Assembly: GCA_020048155.1 (NCBI GenBank)
Contig: JAIFMY010000022.1
Location: 4,356-68,355 of the forward strand
Direction of reading: 5' to 3'
DNA length: 64,000 nt
Origin: Bacteroidota bacterium
Lineage (GTDB): Bacteria > Bacteroidota > Bacteroidia > Bacteroidales > DYOH01
Position 1 is the first letter of the stretch, and each line of letters opens with the position of its first letter. Shown in pieces: positions 1 to 8,881 of the stretch. Below the pieces are notes generated by a model, which was given only the letters and a program-made list of their open reading frames with translations, ran no database searches and was not told where the DNA came from. The translations under genes and the position numbers were made by a program.

Positions 1-184
1 TAAAAGCAGTAATGGAAAAATCATCAATACACATATTGATATTTTTCAGAGCTTGAAAATCGCCATAAAATGTGTTTACCTGCTCAACTTGAATCTTGCT
101 ATATTGGTCTTGCAAATTGTCCATGTTATTTTCTATATCTGCAAATTTATTGATAAAAGTATTTGGACTTGTAATTGAAAACAT
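1..184 (-). CDS. pstB: Phosphate ABC transporter ATP-binding protein PstB, first 61 codons only (gene runs off the left edge)
   Basis: This ORF is not in the ORF track. My own minus-strand translation from the ATG at 184..182 gives MFSITSPNTFINKFADIENNMDNLQDQYSKIQVEQVNTFYGDFQALKNINMCIDDFSITAF, a typical PstB N-terminus just before the Walker A loop. It starts 3 nt after the pstA stop and completes the pstS-C-A-B order. Confidence 0.8.
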   Translation of the reverse strand, partial: MFSITSPNTFINKFADIENNMDNLQDQYSKIQVEQVNTFYGDFQALKNINMCIDDFSITAF

Positions 185-187
185 GAT

Positions 188-1045
188 TTAGTATTTAATT
201 TTTTTTTGCCATTTATACCTGAGATACATAGCAAAAGCATTCATCATAAAAGTAATAATAAGAAGAATGATAATAGCAGCAGCTGCATTGATGGCAAAAC
301 CAGCCTGAGGACGCGAAATCCAGTTAAAAATTTGAATTGGCATGGCAGAAAACTGGTCAAGTGGCGAACTAGGCGCAAAAGGTACATATGCGAGTGCTCC
401 CACCACTATGAGGGGCGCGGCTTCACCCACAGCGCGAGAGAGCGCAAGTATGACCCCTGTAAGTATTCCTCCAAATGAAGCGGGAAGAGTTTGATGCCAT
501 ATTGTTTGCCATTTGGTAGCACCAAGTGCATACGAAGCATCTTTAATCAGTTGAGGCACTGTGCGAATGGCCTCTCGGGTGGTAACTATGATGATGGGCA
601 ATATAAGTAGTGACAAAGTGAGAGCACCCGCAAGCAACGACGCATCGAGCATAAACGCACGAACAAAGATTTCAAGCCCAAGCAGGCCGTAAATAATAGA
701 AGGTACAGCTGCCAGGTTTGTAATATTCACTTCCAACAAATAGGCAAACACGCCATCTTCTTGATATTCTTCGAGATATATACCAGCCATAACGCCCAAT
801 GGGAAAGAGAATAATGCCGTAAGTACTAGTAGCCATACCGAGCCCAGCATAGCAGTATATATGCCACTATTTTCAGGTTTGCGCGATGGTAAGGAGGTGA
901 GAAAATCCCAATCGATACGCCCAATGCCATCTGCAAATATTTGACCTATAAAAAACAAGAGTAGGATAATACCTACAAAAGAACTCATGAGTCCCCAAAT
1001 CTCAAATAATTTATCAACAATTATATTTTTTCTCCTATTGCGCAT
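188..1045 (-). CDS. pstA: Phosphate ABC transporter permease PstA
   Basis: The 285-aa protein is polytopic and carries an ABC permease EAA-type loop (SYALGATKWQTIWHQTLP). It overlaps the pstC stop by 11 nt and is the third gene of pstSCAB. Confidence 0.9.
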   Translation of the reverse strand: MRNRRKNIIVDKLFEIWGLMSSFVGIILLLFFIGQIFADGIGRIDWDFLTSLPSRKPENSGIYTAMLGSVWLLVLTALFSFPLGVMAGIYLEEYQEDGVFAYLLEVNITNLAAVPSIIYGLLGLEIFVRAFMLDASLLAGALTLSLLILPIIIVTTREAIRTVPQLIKDASYALGATKWQTIWHQTLPASFGGILTGVILALSRAVGEAAPLIVVGALAYVPFAPSSPLDQFSAMPIQIFNWISRPQAGFAINAAAAIIILLIITFMMNAFAMYLRYKWQKKIKY

Positions 1046-1934
1046 ATTGTTTTCTGAATTTGGCTCTCAGATAAAAACTTATATTATTGAGTATAAAAGT
1101 AAAAATGAAGAGTGTAACCCCAGCTGCAAAAATAGTTCGATACTCAAGTGAATTTTGAGCCACATCCCCCAAGCTAACCTGCACAATATAGGAAGTAATG
1201 GTTTCTATTGGTACGGTGGGGTCGAATGTGAGTCGGGGTTGTTGGCCGGCAGCTATGGCCACAATCATGGTTTCGCCTACTGCACGCGAAATGGCCAGAA
1301 TAATGGCCACAATGACACCTGAGTTGGCAGCTGGCAAAGTAATGCGAAAAACAGTTTGAAAACGGGTAGCACCCATGCCATAGGAAGCTTCGCGCAAATT
1401 GTTTGGAACAGATGAAAGTGCATCTTCGCTGAGCGAAGTAACAAAGGGGACTATCATGAATCCCATTACCAAACCAGCAGACAAAGCATTGAATCCGGAT
1501 AGACTGGGAATAAACGACTGAAGTATAGGAGTAACTATTAATAATGCAAAAAAGCCATACACAACAGAAGGTACAGCAGCCAATAATTCGAGCGATGGCT
1601 TTACAATATTTCTATACCGTTTGTTTGCATATTCACTCAGATAAATCGCTATAGACAGGCCAATTGGAACTGCAAACCCTACAGCAATGGTTGTAGTAAG
1701 TATGGTGCCACTCAAGAGTGCCATTATACCATACTTTTTATTTTCAAAAAGTGGAGTCCACTCAGACTCAGTGAAAAATTGAACAATTGAAACTTCTTTA
1801 AAAAAATAAATTGCTTCATACACAAATATGAAGATTATACCCAAAGTAGTAAGAACAGTAATTCCAGCAGAGAACTGAAGCAACCGTTTTATGTAAAGTT
1901 CTTTTTTTCTTCTTTTTCTGTGGGAAGAAATCAT
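1035..1934 (-). CDS. pstC: Phosphate ABC transporter permease PstC
   Basis: The 299-aa protein is polytopic with a permease loop (ASYGMGATRFQTVFRITLP). It lies directly downstream of pstS. Confidence 0.9.
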   Translation of the reverse strand: MISSHRKRRKKELYIKRLLQFSAGITVLTTLGIIFIFVYEAIYFFKEVSIVQFFTESEWTPLFENKKYGIMALLSGTILTTTIAVGFAVPIGLSIAIYLSEYANKRYRNIVKPSLELLAAVPSVVYGFFALLIVTPILQSFIPSLSGFNALSAGLVMGFMIVPFVTSLSEDALSSVPNNLREASYGMGATRFQTVFRITLPAANSGVIVAIILAISRAVGETMIVAIAAGQQPRLTFDPTVPIETITSYIVQVSLGDVAQNSLEYRTIFAAGVTLFIFTFILNNISFYLRAKFRKQYAQ

Positions 1935-1955
1935 TTTATAAATATTGCTACAAAT

Positions 1956-2903
1956 TTAGTTCAGAGATTTTAAAAAATCTTCGAATTTCAGTTTTTGTTC
2001 GGCATACTTTCCAAGGGGTAGTGGATCGTATCCTACTTCTTTCACCAGAACAGGCGCATTGTCTAAATAGAATCTTACAAATGCCTGAACTTCTTCTTTT
2101 TTAGCAGCTTCACTATTTATATAAATGAGAAGAGGGCGAGATAGTGGGCTGTATGTACCATTGGTAATAGTTTCAAGTGATGGAAAAACAGGTCCTTTGC
2201 CATTGTCAACAGCAACTACCTTCAAATGAGCTTGGTTTTCTTCATAATAACCCAAACCGAAAAAGCCTAAAGACAACAAATCGCCCTTGATGCCTTGCAC
2301 CAAAACATTGTCGTCTTCGCTAGCAGTAAAATCGCCACGGCTCGAGCCACTTTTACCTACTATGGCATCTGTAAAATAGTCGAAAGTACCAGAAGCTACT
2401 CCAGGACCAAACAGATGTATTTCCTTATCGGGCCATTCGCTTCGTATTTGGTTCCATTTCATTATAGTACCTTGAGCTTCAGGCGACCATATTTTTTTTA
2501 ATTCCTCTACTGTCAGCGTTTCAACCCAGTTATTATCTTTGTTTACAACTACAGCCATGCCATCAATGGCGATCTCAAGTCCTATAAATTTTACATTATT
2601 TTCGTTACATAATTGTATCTCACTATCTTTTATCAATGTGGATGCGTTAGAAATATGTGTTTCTTTGCGGGCAAATTTCTTAAATCCTCCACCGGTGCCA
2701 GATACACCAATAGTAACTTTCACATCAGGATATACCATACGAAATTCTTCAGCTATAGCCTCAGTAATCGGGAATACAGTACTAGATCCATCAATATTTA
2801 TCTCACCTTTCAGCGCTTTGTCTGAGTCACTTTTACCCGAATTACACGAATAAGTAGTAACAACAAGTGCGAAAATGAGAATGATGCTCAATCGTTTTTT
2901 CAT
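1956..2903 (-). CDS. pstS: Phosphate-binding lipoprotein PstS
   Basis: The protein has a signal peptide with a lipobox-like TYSC and PstS-type motifs (DGSSTVFP, GVSGTGGGF, GPGVASGT). It is the first gene of the pst operon. Confidence 0.9.
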   Translation of the reverse strand: MKKRLSIILIFALVVTTYSCNSGKSDSDKALKGEINIDGSSTVFPITEAIAEEFRMVYPDVKVTIGVSGTGGGFKKFARKETHISNASTLIKDSEIQLCNENNVKFIGLEIAIDGMAVVVNKDNNWVETLTVEELKKIWSPEAQGTIMKWNQIRSEWPDKEIHLFGPGVASGTFDYFTDAIVGKSGSSRGDFTASEDDNVLVQGIKGDLLSLGFFGLGYYEENQAHLKVVAVDNGKGPVFPSLETITNGTYSPLSRPLLIYINSEAAKKEEVQAFVRFYLDNAPVLVKEVGYDPLPLGKYAEQKLKFEDFLKSLN

Positions 2904-3136
2904 AGTTATTGAAATTCAATTTTAATGTTACAAAGCTACCAAATTCCTACTTGTGAAAAACTAATCTTATATTATTATATTGTTACCTATTTCAACCCCA
3001 TTCGCCCAGCATCTTACAAGAAAATGCAGAAGCTAATAAACATTTTTGTTTAAAAAAATGTGGGTCACTGGTTCAGAATAATCTATTCCGTATACTTTTG
3101 TACCTGAAAATATAACCACATTAGTATTGAACACAA

Positions 3137-3691
3137 ATGAAGCTACAATCCGGAATATCAGCTATAGATTTTGAAACCCAAGATATACATGGGAATAAAA
3201 TCAAACTTTCAGATTTCATTGGTAAAAAGGTAATACTCACATTCATGCGAAACGTAAACTGTCCTTTTTGTAATGTCAGAGTAAACAGGCTTATAGGCCA
3301 TAGTGTAAGGTTGCAGAAAAGTGGAGTGCAGATGATTTTGTTTTTTGAAAGCGAAAAAGAACGTCTACTTAAAAGCGTATTGCATCAAGGCATAGCACCA
3401 TTTCCTATCATTTCAGATACCCACCTCAAAATATACAAACAATACGGTGTAGAGTCATCAGTAGTAAAAATGCTAAAAACATTTGTAAAATCAGATATAC
3501 GCAAAACCATGCAGGAAGCAAAAACACTGAATGTATCAGCGGAAAAAGAGAAAGGCGTAACCAACTCGCTTGTGCCAGCCGATTTTTTCATCAACGAGCA
3601 ATTTAAAATAGTAAAGGCACACTATGGCAAAAATATTGACGACCATGTAGACCTTGAAGAGCTTAAAAAATTTGCTGGTCTAACCTATTGA
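3137..3691 (+). CDS. Redoxin/AhpC-TSA family thioredoxin-fold protein (peroxiredoxin-like)
   Basis: The 184-aa protein has the motif RNVNCPFCNVR (CxxC-type) at the position expected for the peroxidatic/resolving Cys of thioredoxin-fold proteins. A TAnnTTTG box (tacttttg, 3093..3100) lies 36 nt upstream. Confidence 0.65.
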   Translation: MKLQSGISAIDFETQDIHGNKIKLSDFIGKKVILTFMRNVNCPFCNVRVNRLIGHSVRLQKSGVQMILFFESEKERLLKSVLHQGIAPFPIISDTHLKIYKQYGVESSVVKMLKTFVKSDIRKTMQEAKTLNVSAEKEKGVTNSLVPADFFINEQFKIVKAHYGKNIDDHVDLEELKKFAGLTY

Positions 3692-3701
3692 TAAACTGAG
3701 A

Positions 3702-4676
3702 ATGTCATCTAATTCAATATCCGGATATGCAATAGTAATTGCATGGCCTACTACTTTATGTAAACAAGTAAATTCATGGTACGATCCTATGATGAATGCC
3801 ATTGGAATAGCCAAAAACCATTTTTACAAAGTGGGGCATGCTGCAATAGTACTAATCGATTCAGAGACATCTGCAGCGCACTATTTCGATTTTGGCCGTT
3901 ACCATGCACCCTATGGATTTGGACGAGCCAGATGTGCCGATACCGACCCGGAATTGGCACTCAAGTCTAAGCCAGTAATAAACCTAAAGACAAACACTTT
4001 AGTTAATTATTCGCAGATACTGATAGAACTTCAAAGCAGCGATGTGTTTCATGGTTTTGGAAATCTGCATTCAGCGTATACTAGCATTGACTTCAAAAAT
4101 GCATATGATAAAGCAATGAGCCTGGTAAATGAGAGTCCTATAAAATATGGTCCTTTTCAGAAAGGTGGTTCAAACTGCTCTCGTTTTGTATGTGATATAC
4201 TGAATGCCGGAAGGTTAAATTGGTGGCAAAAAATAAAACTTAACTTTTTTATCCCCCTCACACCTACCACGCTGACTAATGTAAGGGCTTTCGGCAACAA
4301 AAGAGTGCTTGAAAAACAGTTTGACGAAATTAATTTCTGTCCTCCCAAACCAACAAAAGAATGGTTGAACAATACCCTACCGGCACCTGTTCGCCCAAAA
4401 AACTTACCAATACAAGCACAATGGCTTGCTGGAGAAGGACAAGGTTCGTGGTTTTGGGTAAAGCAGGTCTCAAATGCAAAAATCCGGTTAGGCAGGTATT
4501 CCGCCTTAGGTGCTACAGAATTTGAGGCAGATTTTGAAGAAGAAAACGGACATTTTATTAACCAGAATGCTCCTTTTTTTATCACTTATATGAGCGATTA
4601 CCGGCGTGTAACTATCAGGCAGAAAGGAATAAAATATATTTTCAATAGGGTGAAAAATAAAGTCACAATCAAGTAA
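3702..4676 (+). CDS. Hypothetical protein with a candidate permuted papain-fold (LRAT/NlpC-P60-like) H46..H60..C159 triad
   Basis: The 324-aa protein starts 10 nt after the redoxin gene. Its motifs YKVGHAAIVLID(x8)HYFDFG and GGSNCSRFVCDIL resemble the H-box and NCEHFV box of LRAT-like enzymes. The C-terminal ~90 aa are unassigned. Confidence 0.4.
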   Translation: MSSNSISGYAIVIAWPTTLCKQVNSWYDPMMNAIGIAKNHFYKVGHAAIVLIDSETSAAHYFDFGRYHAPYGFGRARCADTDPELALKSKPVINLKTNTLVNYSQILIELQSSDVFHGFGNLHSAYTSIDFKNAYDKAMSLVNESPIKYGPFQKGGSNCSRFVCDILNAGRLNWWQKIKLNFFIPLTPTTLTNVRAFGNKRVLEKQFDEINFCPPKPTKEWLNNTLPAPVRPKNLPIQAQWLAGEGQGSWFWVKQVSNAKIRLGRYSALGATEFEADFEEENGHFINQNAPFFITYMSDYRRVTIRQKGIKYIFNRVKNKVTIK

Positions 4677-4806
4677 AGCACGAGTAACCACTAGAGATAT
4701 AGGTGAAGCAATAAGATTTAAGCGCTTTGAACACCAATTGAAAATCGTATTCAGTTTCAAGCTTTCAGGAGATGAAAATGAAACCGAACGATTTTTTAAA
4801 AACAAA

Positions 4807-4834
4807 GCCCGACTGAAATACTATTCAGCCGGGC
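4807..4834. terminator. Hairpin between convergent genes (likely terminator, strongest for the minus-strand sigma-54 activator gene)
   Basis: The stem is gcccgactgaa / ttcagccgggc (10 of 11 bp) with a 6-nt loop. On the minus strand it is followed by TTTGTTTTTAAAAAA. Confidence 0.5.
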
Positions 4835-4895
4835 AAAATTATAATAAGATGCAAAATCTTATCTATAGATTTTTGCTGTAATGATACGTCAATAT

Positions 4896-6326
4896 TTATC
4901 GCAATTGATATTTACGAATTTTGCTTTTGAGCGTATTTAGCGCAATATCTAAAGCACGTGCAGTTTGGTTGAGGTTGCCATTGTAGTATGCCAAAGCTTT
5001 TTTAATATACCTTGCCTCAATTGCATCCATTGTTTCGGGTGCACTCGGATTTGAAACCTGATGAACTTTTTTTGGCAAATCTCTCAATTTTACATCTTTA
5101 TCGCAAAAGACATACAAATTATCGATCAAATTTTCCATTTCGCGCAAATTGCCCGGGAAAGGGTATTCAAGAATAGCATCGAGAGCTTCTTTCTTAAGAA
5201 TTAGCGCTTTAGTGCGCTTAAACAGAATTTGTTTATTGATGAGAAATTTTTCGAGGTAAATCTGTTTTTCAGCTTTGCCTCGGGCTTCGAGCGATGGCAA
5301 CTCCAACTCAGCCATAGCCATACGGTAGTACAAATCCCACCTGAATTTTCCTTGGTTGCAAAGAGTCACCAAATCCTTGTTGGTGGCAGCAATTACGCGA
5401 ACATCCACTTTTTTAACTTTCCCCATTATAGGCTGTATTTCACCTTCCTGCAAGAATCTCAAAAGCAATACCTGCATCATGGGAGATATATCGCCTATTT
5501 CGTCCAAAAATATTGTTCCCCCGTTTAAATACTCAAGCAAGCCCTCTCTGTCATCATTGGCACCGGTGAAAGCCCCTTTTTTGTATCCAAACAGTCTTGC
5601 TTCGAGCAGTTGATCGCTCATGGCAGCGCAATTAATAGCCTCGAATCGGTTCATTTTGCGGGGAGAACGCGCATGTATGGTGCGAGCCAGATGCTCTTTG
5701 CCTGTTCCAGACTCACCCTGTATGAGTACAGATACATGAGCAGCTTGCGCAATCCGATATGCTTTGTTATATATATCCTGAATACTATTGGTCATGATGA
5801 AATTATCATCGAGTGCAGGTTTTCTGCTCGATTCCATCTTGATGTAAGCTGTATATGGCTCTTTAACCTGCTCAACATCAATAGTCAGCAAATCAGGCTC
5901 AGCTTTGTTGTAAGAAAACTCAGGACGCATAAGTTGCACCAACCTGGTATGCAACCCAAGTGAAGTATGGCATATATACCAACCGACCTGCATGATGGAT
6001 GAGCCGGGCGAAAAATATATGTCAATCTGATAATCACGAAATTTGATAAGAAACTGTTCTTCGTAGCTTTTAACCAAATGTAAATCAGAAATATTGGCAA
6101 TATCTACCGGGAACAACTCTACCTTGTGAGCCGGAAAATCTGTTTTTAATTGTACCACAAGCTGATTGCCTTTCTCAATACTATCTTTGGTAAGCATGAT
6201 GTAATGCTTGTCGTAATCGATAAAATGATACCTGTGAAAATTCATGGTAGGACCTGCAGTATTTACTTCGGTACCTTTTATAAAATCATTCATGTTGGCC
6301 AACCATGATACCAATATTTTTTTCAT
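4896..6326 (-). CDS. Sigma-54-dependent transcriptional activator (bEBP) with an RtcR/CARF-like N-terminal domain
   Basis: The AAA+ core has Walker A GESGTGKE, an intact GAFTGA loop (KKGAFTGA) and Walker B FLDEIGD, followed by a C-terminal Fis-type HTH (NLNQTARALDIALNTLKSKIRKY). The N-terminal ~180 aa contain no receiver domain. They align at motif level with E. coli RtcR (KKILVSWL; IDIYFSPGSSIMQVGWYIC versus YLIHITTGTHVAQICWFLL; TRLVQ versus ARLIQ). Confidence 0.85.
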   Translation of the reverse strand: MKKILVSWLANMNDFIKGTEVNTAGPTMNFHRYHFIDYDKHYIMLTKDSIEKGNQLVVQLKTDFPAHKVELFPVDIANISDLHLVKSYEEQFLIKFRDYQIDIYFSPGSSIMQVGWYICHTSLGLHTRLVQLMRPEFSYNKAEPDLLTIDVEQVKEPYTAYIKMESSRKPALDDNFIMTNSIQDIYNKAYRIAQAAHVSVLIQGESGTGKEHLARTIHARSPRKMNRFEAINCAAMSDQLLEARLFGYKKGAFTGANDDREGLLEYLNGGTIFLDEIGDISPMMQVLLLRFLQEGEIQPIMGKVKKVDVRVIAATNKDLVTLCNQGKFRWDLYYRMAMAELELPSLEARGKAEKQIYLEKFLINKQILFKRTKALILKKEALDAILEYPFPGNLREMENLIDNLYVFCDKDVKLRDLPKKVHQVSNPSAPETMDAIEARYIKKALAYYNGNLNQTARALDIALNTLKSKIRKYQLR

Positions 6327-6346
6327 TCTATCAGATTTTTAAAGTT

Positions 6347-7207
6347 CTATGTTACTTTACGTTTACGAATAATTCTAGCAAAAATGGCAGGAAAAAATCT
6401 TTTCAGATACACCCCCAATACTTCTTTACTTCCTATGTAAGCCTCAAACTTACGTGCAGAAATAACCTTAAGTGCTTTCTTGGCAAAAGTTAGAGGCTCC
6501 ATACCATTTCTCTGGTTGTCGTCCATCTTATTGTGGGTTGTACCATTGGCAGTAAGGGCGTTTACAGAAATATTGGTACGTATATACCCCGGGCATATGA
6601 TTGTAATATCAATACCATTGTTGTACACTTCAGAGCGCAGGGCATCAAAGAACCCATGCAAAGCATGCTTAGAGGCAGCATAAGCTGAGCGCAATTGCGT
6701 AGCAAATTTGCCTACCACACTGCTGATAACCACTATTTGACCGTATTTCTGATTGAGCATATAAGGCAACACCAATTTGGTAAGCGAAATGGTGCCAAAA
6801 TAATTGACCTCCATGATACGACGATGTACATCCATAAGGGTTTCAGAAACCGCCCCCCTATGACTAATACCTCCATTGAGAATGAGCACATCTACCCTAT
6901 TGGTCAATTTGAATACCTTTTCAACCGCACTTTCAAGCGAAGGCTGTCTAGCGAGATCTAGCTCAACTACATGTATAGTAGCAGCACTATTGCTCAAATT
7001 GGCCGATACTCGGTTTAACTCATCGAGTCTGCGTGCTGAAATAATTATGTTACACCGGGTATTACTCAATTGGGTTGCAAGCGCTTCGCCAATTCCTGAG
7101 GAAGCACCTGTAATCCAAATGGTTTTATTCAAAAAATTATTCATAACAAACTTTTGAGGCGCTTCATAGTCGAGTGCAGGATACCTGCAGCATGATTTAG
7201 CTGCCAT
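6347..7207 (-). CDS. Short-chain dehydrogenase/reductase (SDR) family oxidoreductase
   Basis: The protein has the TGASSGIGEA Rossmann motif and the YAASKHAL catalytic Y-x3-K. The more likely start is the internal Met at 7144 (MNNFLNKTIWITGASSGIG), and the longer ORF is given here. Confidence 0.85.
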   Translation of the reverse strand: MAAKSCCRYPALDYEAPQKFVMNNFLNKTIWITGASSGIGEALATQLSNTRCNIIISARRLDELNRVSANLSNSAATIHVVELDLARQPSLESAVEKVFKLTNRVDVLILNGGISHRGAVSETLMDVHRRIMEVNYFGTISLTKLVLPYMLNQKYGQIVVISSVVGKFATQLRSAYAASKHALHGFFDALRSEVYNNGIDITIICPGYIRTNISVNALTANGTTHNKMDDNQRNGMEPLTFAKKALKVISARKFEAYIGSKEVLGVYLKRFFPAIFARIIRKRKVT

Positions 7208-7211
7208 AATT

Positions 7212-8336
7212 TTATTTTTTTACCAATGAAATTTCGTACAATTTAGGCCATTTCTTACCTGTGACAAATATACGCTTTTGTTTTACATCATAAGCAATTC
7301 CATTTAACACGTCGGTATCACTTCGTTTCTCATTTTCGGGCAACAAGCCTTTTAAATCGATATACGCTGTAACTACACCTGAATTTGGATTAATACGCAC
7401 TATATTGTCTGTCAAATAAACATTGGCATATATTTCACCTTCAATATATTCCAATTCATTCAATCTGTCTACCGGGCCATTGTAATCTACAACCTCAATT
7501 TTATGGGTTATTGTATACGTAACTGTATCGAGAAAATACAGATAGCTTGATCCATCAGACATTATAAGATTCCGTCCATCGAAAGTAAGTCCCCAACCTT
7601 CAGTATAATAATCAAATTTACGAATGAGTTTAAAAGTTTCCTTTTCATACACAAATCCAACTCTATTTTGCCAACTTAGCTGCGCAATTTTATTGTCAAA
7701 AAGGGCTATTCCTTCACCAAAAATATCGGAGGGTACAGCAAAACTTTTCACAACTTCACCATTATCAAGTTTTACTTTCCGGAGCGACGATTCACCAGTA
7801 AGTCCGGTGGCTTCGAGAAAGAAACCGTTGTCGTAAATAAGTCCCTGTGTAAAAGCACCTCGATCGTGTGGGTAAACTTTTAGGATTTTATACCCAAAAT
7901 TCAGGGGAGATGTATCGGGTAAAACCCTTACGCTTAAGAGATAACTTGTCTCTTGTCCATTGGTATACAGAATGCTTTTTAGCGCAGTAGTACCTGTTTT
8001 CAATCTTTTGGTGTCGAGAAATATATCTGTGACACGTTGTGTATATAACTCAAGTTTTTCAGGTCCGCTCCACACTGCAAGAGAGTCGAATTGAATGGTA
8101 TCAGGTAAAACAATGAGAATATGAATGGTATCTCCCATCCTAATCTTTGAGCTATTATCCGCAATTTTAGTACTAAATGGAATGGAAGTTTTGCTATTAG
8201 ACAAGGTGTTCTGGCTGTTATCTTCCGTATTAGATTCATTGGGGCTGCACTGCGGAAAGATTAAGGTTACATGAAAAAGCAGCACACCCAGAAAAAATAG
8301 GTTTACTTTAAAGGAAGGTATAAAAAATATTTTCAT
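7212..8336 (-). CDS. Glutaminyl-peptide cyclotransferase (plant/bacterial beta-propeller type) with an N-terminal ~150-aa extension
   Basis: The C-terminal ~230 aa (VYPHDRGAFTQGLIYDNGFFLEATGLTGESSLRKVKLDNGEV...NELEYIEGEIYANV...LNGIAYD) match the glutamine cyclotransferase family pattern. There is an N-terminal signal sequence. Confidence 0.75.
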   Translation of the reverse strand: MKIFFIPSFKVNLFFLGVLLFHVTLIFPQCSPNESNTEDNSQNTLSNSKTSIPFSTKIADNSSKIRMGDTIHILIVLPDTIQFDSLAVWSGPEKLELYTQRVTDIFLDTKRLKTGTTALKSILYTNGQETSYLLSVRVLPDTSPLNFGYKILKVYPHDRGAFTQGLIYDNGFFLEATGLTGESSLRKVKLDNGEVVKSFAVPSDIFGEGIALFDNKIAQLSWQNRVGFVYEKETFKLIRKFDYYTEGWGLTFDGRNLIMSDGSSYLYFLDTVTYTITHKIEVVDYNGPVDRLNELEYIEGEIYANVYLTDNIVRINPNSGVVTAYIDLKGLLPENEKRSDTDVLNGIAYDVKQKRIFVTGKKWPKLYEISLVKK

Positions 8337-8362
8337 TTAAAATTTCGATTTAAACTTAGAAA

Positions 8363-8854
8363 TTAAACAGCCGGACGAGTCATCCATTTCATTTGGCCTT
8401 GCCCTATTTTCAAATCACGCCAGTTTTCAATTTCAAATTCGAGACAAAAAACAGAAGCAGTAGGTACATCCATCAGGTTAGTATCTAGCCCGAGCAATAT
8501 GCGCAGCAAAAGTTCAATAATTGGATTGTGCCCAATGACCAAAACCCGTTCAAAATGATTATCGACTAACAAAACTCTGTTGATATAATCTTGGGGTTCA
8601 CCGTAGTAGAAATCAGACTCGTAAAATATTTCAGAAGTGTATTTGCAATGTTCAGCAACTAATTTTGCTGTTTTGCGGGCTCTTTTGGCAGGACTTGAGA
8701 TGATAATATCCGGAACTGCATCCCTTCTATGTATTTCAATCCCCATAGCCTGCGCATCGGTTTTCCCTTGCTTATTGAGTGTTCTGTCAAAATCGGGTTT
8801 CATAGTAGAACCCCAATCTGATTTTGCATGACGCATTATAATTAACTCTTTCAT
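8363..8854 (-). CDS. sixA: SixA-type phosphohistidine phosphatase (histidine phosphatase superfamily)
   Basis: The 163-aa protein has an N-terminal RHAKS catalytic motif, SSPAKRARKTA and VIGHNP. Confidence 0.7.
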   Translation of the reverse strand: MKELIIMRHAKSDWGSTMKPDFDRTLNKQGKTDAQAMGIEIHRRDAVPDIIISSPAKRARKTAKLVAEHCKYTSEIFYESDFYYGEPQDYINRVLLVDNHFERVLVIGHNPIIELLLRILLGLDTNLMDVPTASVFCLEFEIENWRDLKIGQGQMKWMTRPAV

Positions 8855-8881
8855 AATTGGCGAATGTTATAAAAATTTAAT

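Noticed and set aside
2931-2938. Isolated TAnnTTTG-type -7 boxes upstream of pstS (caaagcta on the plus strand), of the redoxin gene (3093..3100) and of amt (40328..40335).
   Set aside because: No TTTG -33 element lies at the expected 19-21 nt spacing. A six-base motif in AT-rich spacers is expected by chance, so these were not listed as promoter features.
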